From a virus (lineage: Duplodnaviria > Caudoviricetes): a stretch of DNA of 43,483 nucleotides. Location: positions 1-43,483 of the IMG/VR virus record IMGVR_UViG_3300010376_000063. The stretch is one strand, 5' to 3'. Positions 24,647-34,700 of the stretch are shown piece by piece. The translations under genes and the position numbers were made by a program. A model generated the notes under the pieces. The model was given only the letters and a program-made list of their open reading frames with translations. It did not search any database and was not told the origin of the DNA. How positions within the stretch are numbered: position 1 is the first letter of the stretch; the number at the start of each line of letters is the position of its first letter.

Positions 24647-26081
24647 GCTACCAACTCTACAATCCCTGGAACAGCAGTGGGTCTACAATGGCCTTGACTG
24701 CTGTGTCACGGCTGAAATCTTGGAGGCATTGATCCCGCAGTTGGATGCAACCACTGCTCGGACTTATGCCTTCAGCCGTGCCCTTCAGGGTCCAGTGTTT
24801 GACATGAGGATCGACGGTGTCCTAATCGATCAAGCCCGGCGAAAGGAAGTCCTACACCAATACGCTGAAGTCGTAGATTACTGCGAAGCCACCCTTGAAC
24901 GTATAGTCGCCGAAGGCACTGGCTTCTACGGCTTCAGCTGGCGGTCATGGCAGAGCCTACACAAATTGTTCTACGATGTCTACCGTATCCCTCCGATCAA
25001 GACCAAGGAAGGTAAGCGTACAGCTGACCGGAATGCGTTGGAGAAGCTTGAGTCTTACCGCATAGCTAGGCCTGTTGTTCGGTACATGGAAATCTTGCGT
25101 GAGCTAGACAAGAAGATGGACGTTCTAACAATGGAGCTAGACGATGATGGACGCATGCGCACCAGTTATAATATCGCTGGTACTAACACAGGTCGTTTCA
25201 GTTCTAGTTTTACTGAGTTTGATACTGGCGGTAATCTCCAGAACATAGAAGAGGCCCTAAGGTCAATCTTCATTGCAGACCCAGGAATGAAGCTAGCCAA
25301 CTTCGATGCTGAACAGGGGGAAAGCCGTGTCGTCGGAGCCATTGAATGGAACCTCTTCCGTAAGGGAGATTACCTTGACACTTGCGAGTCCGGAGACTTG
25401 CATACTAGCGTTGCAAAACTCTGCTGGCCAGAACTTGATTGGCCGGATAGTCCAGACCTCGATAGAAAGTTCGCCGAACTTCCATACTATAGACATTACT
25501 CTAGACGCTTCATGTGCAAGAAGCTTGGCCATGGAACTAACTATGGCGGTCGCCCACCGACAATGTCCACTCAAACTAAGACTGAAATGCCCATCATCGT
25601 AGACTTTCAGAACAAGTACTTCAAGGCATTCCCTGCGCACCAGATGTGGCACCAATGGGTTGAGCAACAGATACGGGCTTACAGTAAGCTTGTAAGCTTA
25701 ATGCAACGCCGACGTTATTTCTTTGGTCGTAGAGAAAGTGATGACACAATACGGGAGGCAATAGCATACGATCCACAGAGTTCACTAGCAGATATCGTTA
25801 ACCAAGGTATGCTCCGTGTATGGAAGGCCGGAGACTGCCAGCTGCTGTTGCAGAACCACGACTCGATAGTGGTACAATATCCTGAAGAACAAGAGGACGA
25901 GATCATACCCAAGCTTAAGGCTCAGCTACACCATGAGATACCGCTGAAGCATGGTAGGTCATTGACTATACCTTATGGATGTCAGACGGGCTGGAACTGG
26001 GGTAAGCATAGCGAGGATAATCCGGATGGCCTCAAAGACTATAGGCCCGGCGATAAACGGACCAGGACGAAGAACGTGTGA
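24624..26081 (+). CDS. polA: Family A DNA polymerase (ExoIII plus polymerase domain)
   Basis: YNGLD (ExoIII), TNTGRFSS, NLQNI, motif A DAEQGESR, motif B RRFMCKKLGHGTNYG, motif C QNHDS. Confidence 0.93.
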   Translation: MKLIVTNRLPTLQSLEQQWVYNGLDCCVTAEILEALIPQLDATTARTYAFSRALQGPVFDMRIDGVLIDQARRKEVLHQYAEVVDYCEATLERIVAEGTGFYGFSWRSWQSLHKLFYDVYRIPPIKTKEGKRTADRNALEKLESYRIARPVVRYMEILRELDKKMDVLTMELDDDGRMRTSYNIAGTNTGRFSSSFTEFDTGGNLQNIEEALRSIFIADPGMKLANFDAEQGESRVVGAIEWNLFRKGDYLDTCESGDLHTSVAKLCWPELDWPDSPDLDRKFAELPYYRHYSRRFMCKKLGHGTNYGGRPPTMSTQTKTEMPIIVDFQNKYFKAFPAHQMWHQWVEQQIRAYSKLVSLMQRRRYFFGRRESDDTIREAIAYDPQSSLADIVNQGMLRVWKAGDCQLLLQNHDSIVVQYPEEQEDEIIPKLKAQLHHEIPLKHGRSLTIPYGCQTGWNWGKHSEDNPDGLKDYRPGDKRTRTKNV

Positions 26082-27273
26082 GTCGTGGATAGACTCATTC
26101 GTTAAGTATACAGAGCATCTCGAGTCGGCGACTATCTATCGCACCTGGAGTGCGATAGCGATGATTGCTGCTACGTTGGAGCAGAAGGTATGGGTAGACG
26201 TAAGTACCCCTTTGTATCCAAACCTGTATACGTTCTTAATTGGTCAACCGGGCATTGGCAAATCTCGTGCGATCATGGCTGCATCTGGGCTTGTCAGAGA
26301 AGCCCTACCAGAAACGTACTTTGGCTCTACCTCGATGACAAGGGCTTCTTTATCGGACCACATGAACGAGGCAAAGAGGATCATCATGAATATCCCATTT
26401 GCCCCGATAGAGTATCACTCGCTGCTAGTAGTAGCTGACGAGTTCAGCGTCCTAATGGATCAATACGACACGGCCTTAACCGCAGCCTTTGTGGAATTCT
26501 ACGACTGTAACCCATACTCCGAAGGCCGCCGGGTAGCTAACATCAGGATCAAAATCCAACGGCCACAGCTGAATATGCTCTGTGGCTCGACACCATCTAA
26601 CCTTCTGCAAACCCTAAAGGAATACGTCTGGGACCAGGGCTTGATGTCTCGGGTATTCCTAATCTATTCCGAGGATCGGCCGCTAATCGATCCATTCGAT
26701 CAGCCCTCAAGGGAGCCACCTAAGGACCTGATCCACGACTTGAAGGTTATTAACACTGTGTCTGGAGAGTTTAGCTGGACGCCTAGGTTCCAAGATTTAA
26801 TGAACAAGTGGCGATTAGCTGGTCTGATCCCTGTCCCTGACCATCCTAAGCTTAGGCATTATTGCACCCGCAGATGGACTCACCTGCTTAAGCTCTGCAT
26901 GATATCCAATGTCGACCGTGACGGTAAGCTTGTCCTTGACGAAGCCGACTTCAATCGAGCTATGAACTGGATGGTTAAGGCCGAGCTTCACATGCCAAGG
27001 ATATTCCAAGTAGGCACAACCTCGCCCGACTCCAGAGTTATGGATGAAATAGCCTATTTCGTCAGCCAGTATAATTCCGGCGTGAGCGAATACAAAGTCG
27101 TGAACTTCGCCAGGACCAAGCTTCAATCCTACGCCATCCGTCCATTGCTTGAGGCGATGGTAACATCAAGGCAGATCGTATCGGTGGGCATAGATAAACA
27201 GGGCTTGCGTATATTCAAGGTACCTTCGGAAGCAGACCCAACGCCCGGAGTATCTCGGCGTCAACGCACTTAG
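26026..27273 (+). CDS. DUF3987/YfjI-like P-loop ATPase, putative replicative helicase
   Basis: LYPNLY..LIGQPGIGKS, VADEFS, GSTP and GLMSR motifs; SD GAGGA before ATG 26026. Confidence 0.8.
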   Translation: MASKTIGPAINGPGRRTCESWIDSFVKYTEHLESATIYRTWSAIAMIAATLEQKVWVDVSTPLYPNLYTFLIGQPGIGKSRAIMAASGLVREALPETYFGSTSMTRASLSDHMNEAKRIIMNIPFAPIEYHSLLVVADEFSVLMDQYDTALTAAFVEFYDCNPYSEGRRVANIRIKIQRPQLNMLCGSTPSNLLQTLKEYVWDQGLMSRVFLIYSEDRPLIDPFDQPSREPPKDLIHDLKVINTVSGEFSWTPRFQDLMNKWRLAGLIPVPDHPKLRHYCTRRWTHLLKLCMISNVDRDGKLVLDEADFNRAMNWMVKAELHMPRIFQVGTTSPDSRVMDEIAYFVSQYNSGVSEYKVVNFARTKLQSYAIRPLLEAMVTSRQIVSVGIDKQGLRIFKVPSEADPTPGVSRRQRT

Positions 27274-27439
27274 AGAGCAGCGCATTGATCTCACTCTGCA
27301 TGACGAATATCTGGCTTAGCTCGTACCAGACAATACCGAGTAAGGCTAGGTTAATGACCACCAGCGCCAGCGTCATCGGTTGTGACTTCAACCCATCGAC
27401 GACGCTGGTTATCGCTGGACCTATATACGGAGGGCTCAT
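27215..27439 (-). CDS. Holin-like membrane protein
   Basis: Transmembrane segment TLALVVINLALLGIVWY; ATGA-coupled to the endolysin gene. Confidence 0.65.
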   Translation of the reverse strand: MSPPYIGPAITSVVDGLKSQPMTLALVVINLALLGIVWYELSQIFVMQSEINALLSKCVDAEILRALGLLPKVP

Positions 27440-28407
27440 TCCACTGGTGCCGGATAGATGACTTCGCACACGTCATCGGTGGTCAGATTTAACGCCGAAC
27501 ACAACCCAGGACTTAGGTCCGCAACACGGTTTGTATCCCCATGTGGTCCCCAGTCAGCAGGCCAGGCGTAGAAAGATTTCCCACCAGCAGATACGAGGGC
27601 TTGGTAACTGGGACGGGCCAGATCGTTCTTCGATGTCCCTGCGAAATCATAGTCCCACCGGCAGGCAACATAGAAGATGTCTGGATTCAATCGCCTTGCC
27701 AGTCCACTCGTGCCAGGTGGTTGACTTGGCAGGAACAGGTGCTTCGCACTATCGTAACTGTAGATAAAGGCGAGCCCTTCATCTGCCGATACTCCAGTGT
27801 CATTCGGTCCACCAAACCAACTCATTCTCCCCTCCACCCGCCAAATGCCGGGTGGCTGTGGGGGTACGGGTTCAGGCGTGGGCCCCCCTGTGATCGACTG
27901 AGCGATCGCCTGGCAGATCGGCGTAAAGTTCCGCTGGTAGAGATCGACGTCAGCCTTACTGTCCACGAAGCAGACCTCCAACAGGATGGCTGGCTTCGTT
28001 GTGTTGTTCAGGAAATAAAGGCCGGTGTTCTTCTTTGCCCCTCGATTGATGAAGCCGCCAGACTGGGCCATGGCAGCGCTGACATTAGCGGCGAGTTTCT
28101 GCTGGCTATAATAAAGGACTTCGCAACCACGTGGAGAGTTAGTGGTCTGATAGCAGTTGAAGTGTACGCTTACGTCATAGTCTCTGGTCTGTGAGTTGTG
28201 CCAGCTGACGAGTCGATTGAGGTTCTCCTGCTGCGAGCGGCTGGTGGTGTCCTCATAACTCACCGCCGTATTCCCATCAGAGTTCATCATTGGCGTCACG
28301 GCATCAACTACCCGCACCGCTTCTTTGTGTTCGTTCAGTCCCCAAGGCGATGGCCCCACCGCACCGGAGACGTACTTCCCATGCCCGCTACTGATCGCTA
28401 TTCTCAT
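27436..28407 (-). CDS. Endolysin: Amidase_3 domain plus RlpA/DPBB-like C-terminal domain
   Basis: ISSGHG, E, VSVHFN, ILLEVCFVD; Pro-rich linker; ADWGPH..TNRVADLSPG. Confidence 0.9.
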   Translation of the reverse strand: MRIAISSGHGKYVSGAVGPSPWGLNEHKEAVRVVDAVTPMMNSDGNTAVSYEDTTSRSQQENLNRLVSWHNSQTRDYDVSVHFNCYQTTNSPRGCEVLYYSQQKLAANVSAAMAQSGGFINRGAKKNTGLYFLNNTTKPAILLEVCFVDSKADVDLYQRNFTPICQAIAQSITGGPTPEPVPPQPPGIWRVEGRMSWFGGPNDTGVSADEGLAFIYSYDSAKHLFLPSQPPGTSGLARRLNPDIFYVACRWDYDFAGTSKNDLARPSYQALVSAGGKSFYAWPADWGPHGDTNRVADLSPGLCSALNLTTDDVCEVIYPAPVE

Positions 28408-28721
28408 CGATGCCTCCTGCGTTCGAGTGCTTCCATTGATCCGATGAAGGCTCGCTCAGCTTGCCTTGCGCCAGTCACCGCCCTCGCTGGCTGACCGGTA
28501 TCATCCTTCATCCAGACCGAGAATATGTGTATGATCTGCTGCTTGAATGCTTCTTCAATCGCCACTTCCTCCAGCATCAGTATCCTGTCGTCGTAGTCTG
28601 ACTTCGGCAGATCGGCGACTGGTGCTGGCTCTGCTGGCTCAGCCGCCCAGATCAACCCGTACGCCAGGACCACAGCAAAGCCTAGTGCCATCGCCGGGGC
28701 AAGCACATGTTCCCTGGTCAT
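28404..28721 (-). CDS. Membrane-anchored protein in the lysis module
   Basis: N-terminal hydrophobic segment; coupled at both ends. Confidence 0.6.
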   Translation of the reverse strand: MTREHVLAPAMALGFAVVLAYGLIWAAEPAEPAPVADLPKSDYDDRILMLEEVAIEEAFKQQIIHIFSVWMKDDTGQPARAVTGARQAERAFIGSMEALERRRHR

Positions 28722-31700
28722 GGCACAGCTCCTCGGTACAACCTATGCAGGAAGGACTCTCGATCCTCTTCATGCCTACTCTTCTGTGTCCTACCCTTAG
28801 TCGCTACACGCTCCCACTCCTCAAGGCTATCTGGTTTCTCCTCTTCACCTTGATAGAGCTTAATCATATACTCAGCCCACCGACCTGGGACCGAACCTGG
28901 GTAACCAAGGATAGCTCCGCTTAAGCCCATCGCATTCTTAACCAGCGACCCGAACTGTGTTTCATCCTCCCAGGTCTTCTCGGCATCCTTAAACATCCTG
29001 GAAGCGAAGTTCATAGCTCCGAAGGTTAAGCCCACTGTTGGGGGTGTGCCAGTTATGAAAGCATGAACGAAGTCTCTTACAATCGGTATCGGAGCGGCTA
29101 CGGCTTGGACCAGATACTTAGGCGCACAGGTTGACCATTCTTCATCCTCATGGCAGATAGGCTCAGCTAGGTCCTCAAGCAGAGTTGGCAGGACAACATA
29201 GGTGAAGAAGTCCCTGCCTATAGTTGTCATGTCCTTAAACAATGGCCGATTGGACTTACCCGTAAGCATATCCTTGGCCATGCCCAGTGACCTGAACCGC
29301 CGATTCATGGCATTGTTCATGAAGTTGTTGGCTCGAGTCACCGTTTGAACCATAGGATTAGATGACCTTAGAAGCGCAGGCTTACCACTGATTGCAGTCG
29401 ATCCATGCGTTGCCCTGACTGACCTTGAGGATAGATCAGATGCTAGCTGATGTGCCTCCCATATGGCTTGGTTAAACTCAGCTGGCGTTAGCGACTTGCC
29501 TTCGGTATACTCACGACTAAGCTTAGTCATCTGTTCTCGATACCTAGCCCACCATGTTATCTTCGACATCAGGGTATCAACAAATGCAATATGCTTGGCT
29601 CCCCAATAGGCTGCATTGTTAACGTTCTTCCGCAACCATGTAAGCCGACCTAGCTCTTCATCAGCGGCGGCGCTAAGGGATGTCCTCCAGTGTTCGTTGC
29701 GGACCTGAATCTCGCCAGCTCCATGCCATTCCTTATTGCCTATCATACCTCCTTCCATCATGAACTTATGGTTGCTCTCCATGGTGTATGTATTGGTCTT
29801 GTACAGGTCGAACGCAGCCTTGACAAAGTTCCACCCTCCGACTTCCTTAATGCTTTGATAGATCGACTGAGGCGCATGCTTCTCCCAGGTCTTGAAGTTA
29901 AAGCCAATGTAGTCCGTCACGAGGTTGTTCGAAAACTGATTGAACCAATGCGTAGCCCAAGAGTCATTCTTAGCTGTCGACCCATGCATACCCGATAGGT
30001 CAGTGAAATACCTCTCCAACATAGTGTTCCATTGTTGACCCCACCTTAGCTGGATAAGCCGACTTATATCTGGATGGGCAAGGACCTTATTATAGATATC
30101 CAGCACTGGCCTAAACGCCACGAACCTAAGTCTGCGGTTAAGGTCATCGCCAATACCATCCCCAAACTTGGTCTTAACTGGATATATCTCTCCTGTCCGC
30201 TGCTCACCCCATCCGTGGTCTAGCCTTGGCCTAACGTTAATGGCCTTGTCCTGAGTTATCTGCCGGTTCCCTGCATCAAGATAGGTATCTCTCTGTCTCG
30301 GATAGTACCACCCCATCTGCGGACCTTGTGCAGTCCAAGTCATCTGCGGGTATAGCTTCTCCAAGATAGCGCCAGTGCGCTTCATAGACATATTATCTTC
30401 TAAGCCCTGGACATGCTCATAGAGCTTAGCTACATTCTTGGCTATCCGGTAATGCTCCGGCGTGGCCACCCTAAGCATATAGTTCCTAAAGTCAGGTATG
30501 CTAAGCCCGTAGCCATTGGCTGTGTGTAGCTCTGAGTCAGGGCTGCCAGAGTGTAGGATAAGTCCAACGATGTCTTCGTTGGTAAGGTCAAGCAGGTCCT
30601 GATCCTTAAATGGTATCCTCGGATTCCCGTTCTCATCCCTAAGCATATGCATCGGATGACGGATGGTATCGTTCATTACCTTCTGCTGATACCATAGCTT
30701 TCCGCCTGGGGTCTTTAAGGCCTCCCTAAGCTTAGGCGCCAGCTCTCGCCTCATGCGCTGCCAGTCATGGTCGGCTTCACTGACTGGATAATAGAACAGC
30801 CTATGCCAAGCGCTAGTCGGATCGTAGCCAACAAGCCGATCAAGGAAAGTCTCTACTTGCGTCAGCGCAGCATCCATCCGCCTGAATATCTGGCGGGTCT
30901 TCATGTCATGTTTGCTCCTCGGCTGAGAGACTTCATCCGAGCGCATAAGGCCAACTGAGAGTTCATTGACAACGTCGGCGATTTTATAATCCTTGTCCCT
31001 AATATTGACCAGGTCCTTGCCTGTCTCCTGACCGACCTTAGCGATAACCCTTATCGCATTGGTGAAGTTCTTCCAATCCCTGACGTTAGCTGTACCGAGC
31101 TTAAACTCAAAACTCGGCTGAAGGAGAAACTGCCAGACCGGGAAGTTAGGATTATAGGTTGTACCATATTCATCATAGCCAATAGGCAGACCCACGTTAA
31201 TGGGCTTAGCCGGATCAATCGGGATGTTCTTGCTATTGACCCAATCGGCGAAGGTCTTATACACTCTCTCAGGCCGATCCATTGTTTCAGCTAAATGAGC
31301 AGGATCACGGTCAATCGGTACTCCTGCTTCCTGTAGCAACCAGTGAGCCCAATCCTGAAACTCCGGATCGATACCCTTAACCTCGGCCTTAGAGAATCGC
31401 TCTAGGATTCTAACGTCAGCTTTCTTCCTGGCTTCCCATCTCTTAGTCTCTTCCGCTACGGCTAGCAAATGAACTGTCTTCTGTCGAGCATGGAATGCAG
31501 CTAGATGATCTCCCCTCTGCCATGCCTGATGCGTCTCTCGGCCTGCTCGCCCAAGGTCACGAGTAACGTCAATGAGCTTCTGCTTAGTGTTACCGGCAGC
31601 TACCTCTTCCCGAGCCATCGCCTGGACAGCTTCCCGATCGTATGGGATTGTCTGTCCTGTTCGGTCAGCTAGAACCTGATACTCAGACCAGACCAAGTCC

Positions 31701-34700
31701 CTCTCTTCTAGCCCAACGACCTTTCTCCTGGCCTCATCTGCGGTAAGCTTATCCATGTCGCCATATTTAGCTTCCATCTTTTCCTTGACGACATTGCGAG
31801 TAAGCTCATCGAGGAACTTCTCATAAGGCTTGTTACCCTTGACCTTACGGAAGTCGACCATGGCTGAAGCAAACTCATCATTAGTCCTAAAGCCAAAGGT
31901 AGTCGCAATGTCGTCGATCCTGAACCCACCCTCAGACTGCCAATGCTTGGGGATCATCCGCTTCTGTACATCTGTCAGTGACCTCGGATCGATCTTGGGG
32001 ATGCCTCCCATATCGTTGCCTTGGAAGATACCCTGAGTCATGAACTTAAAGGCTTTGAAATCTGGCCGAGCCTCGATGTCTTCCCTAACTGGAACATAAA
32101 GCTCAGCTGCCTCTTTCTGCCATCCAGGCAGTAACTGCCGCTCAAGCTTACGCTGCTCGTTACCCAGCCTTGTCCGAACATCTTTCTGGTTCTTGCGGTT
32201 AATGGCATCGAGCAGCTTCTGATAGTTACGCTTAGCCAGTAGAACTCCAGGCTCAAAGGTCAGCGGCTCTCGCCCAAGCTCAGGGATAACCTCGTCCTGG
32301 AACCTAGCCTCAGCCTTGAACTTAGTCTCCGGTGGATAATACCTCCCTTCCATCCTAACTGGCTTACGCCTTCCGACTGTGCCAGCTTCGACCTTCTGGA
32401 AGATATCATCTGGCTGGACCCTCTTCCCCCAATGCTGATCGATCAGGTCCCTAAGGCCATCAAAGAATTGCTTCAGCTTCCCGAAAATCCCAGTGACCTC
32501 AGGAGGTGCCTCACGGCCTCGCTTCCAGCTTTCGAACTCATGGACAATGGCTTCCTCAGCCTGGACCATTGGAGGAGCGTCTTTATACCTTACGTCAATC
32601 TTATGCTTCTCAATCCAGTTCCCTTCGATGGCCTTATTTAGCAGAGAGAACCATTCTTTCTCTGTAATGAACCCCTGCCGGAGTAGAAAGTGAAAGGCCT
32701 CATGTGCGACCGACCCCATAGGGTCACGGTAGTTAATCGAGTACAAAATCAGCGGAGTCCTATCCCCAAAGTTAACATGCACGCCTCGGACTTGACGGCC
32801 TCCGGAAATGACATCCCTAGCGTGGATAAGCCTAACCCCGCCTTGAGGGATTATCTTGGCTAGGTAATCCTCCAACTTCTTGGCAAACGCAATCTCAACT
32901 GGACCCCAGGTCTTCGGAGCTGTCCTGGCCTGGACTCCTTTGCCCCAGTCAACGTACTCACCAGACTGGGCCATGTCGACGAACTTCTGAATCTCGGCTT
33001 CTTCACCCGCTGGAGTGGGCTTACCATCAAGCTCAGCTCGGAGGACATCAATATCTATCTTTACAAGCGCCTGTGGTCCTTCCACTCCTGCCTTCTCTCG
33101 AGCCCCAGAAATCCTATGGCCCTCTATATGTGTCATCTCTGGGAACATAGCCTTAAGCTGGTCTAACACCCCACGAATCAACGTCGGCCCAAACATATTC
33201 TTCGGGGCCACACCAGAGCCAGCAATCCAACTAATATACAATGACTTACTCGGTGTCATAGTGGCTTGTATAGAGCCGACTTCTTTACCATACTCGTCCT
33301 TCATCACAAAGGTTCTAGCTCTATGAGGCTCAACGTCTCCAGGATAAGCCGGCCCAACGTCCTCTAAGGTCAGCTGCTTCGGTGTCCTTGCCTCCATTAC
33401 CGAGTCCAGACCGGCGGCCTTACGCTGATCCCGAAGCATCTGCTCGTCTTCGAACCTAGCGTCTAGAGTCTCGTCCGCAAGGTCCCATATTTTCTCAGGA
33501 TCAGGGACTTCCTTAGACTCGTTAATTGTCATACTATCGTCTGGACGAACACGAACATCGTCATGGAGCTGGTCAGCGATTTCCTTGTCGACAGTGACCC
33601 AATCCTTAAAGTCAACCCTAGGCTCACGGCCACGGAGAATCGCATCCCATTGCTCTGGGAAGCCAGGAATATCGCCTAGCAGCCCATCTCCAGGCTCTGG
33701 CCGTTTGTCGCCATACAGCTTAATGATAGCCTCACGCTTAAGCCCAATCTGACTGTCAATCTTCATTCCAGTCAGATCAGAGAACATCTTCGGAGTTAGC
33801 TCCTTAGTCTCTGTCTTATGGGCCGCATCCATAGCCTCATCGTAAACGTCCATATCAGCCTTAACGTTATCAGCCACGAACTTATCCCAAACAGGATTGA
33901 CGCCTAACGGTGGCACCTCTCCATCTTTAGTATGTCTAATAAGGAATGCAGAGGTAGTAAACGCATTGGCCCACTTCTGCATCGGGGACATTAAGGCCGA
34001 GCCGTACCTAGTGGGCTCACCTGCTAGTAGAAACCCCGCACCTGTAGCTATTAGCAAGTGTCCAGGATCAAGCTCATCGTTAGACATAAGCTGGTTAACA
34101 GCCTCAATGCCAAGGCCGACGCCAGCGAGCCCTCCCCTAAGCTTAAGGGAGGTACTAGCGAGTGAGCCAGGACTAAAGAATGCTAGGCTTGGAGCTACTT
34201 CTGCCAGTGCTGTAGCCCATGGATGCTCCTTCCGAGCTTCCTCTAATCTCTCAAGCTCATCAGGGAAGGTAGCTTCCAGGAGCTTGGTCTGACCATACTG
34301 CACAGCAGCACCGGCGGCTAAGGCTGCCGCAAGGGCACCGACAAAGGCACCTACAGGCACAGTGACAGGGGCTAGCGGGCCACCTAAGGCACCGACAGCG
34401 CCACCAGCCGCTACGCCAGCCGGTATGGTAGCTACGCCAGCAGCAGTTGGCAGGACAGCATGTAAGCCTGCCCTGGTGCCAGCTGAAGCCGCTCCCCAAG
34501 GATCAAGCTTAAAAGCATCGTATAGGTCCTTGGCGGCCTTAACTGCCGCCGGAGTAGCGAACACGTCATCCAGAAGGTTAAGCTTCTCGCTATATTCCGA
34601 TAGCCTTGAAACGTCATCCCGACTAACAATCGAGGCCATGGGGTTTTTATTAAAGTACGCTTGCAGTAATGGGTCGCCAGCGACAACATCTTGGGCTAGG

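Noticed and set aside
27541-28194. Long antisense ORFs (also 4967..5539 and 42457..42927)
   Set aside because: Shadow frames of well-supported genes; no SD or recognisable motifs.
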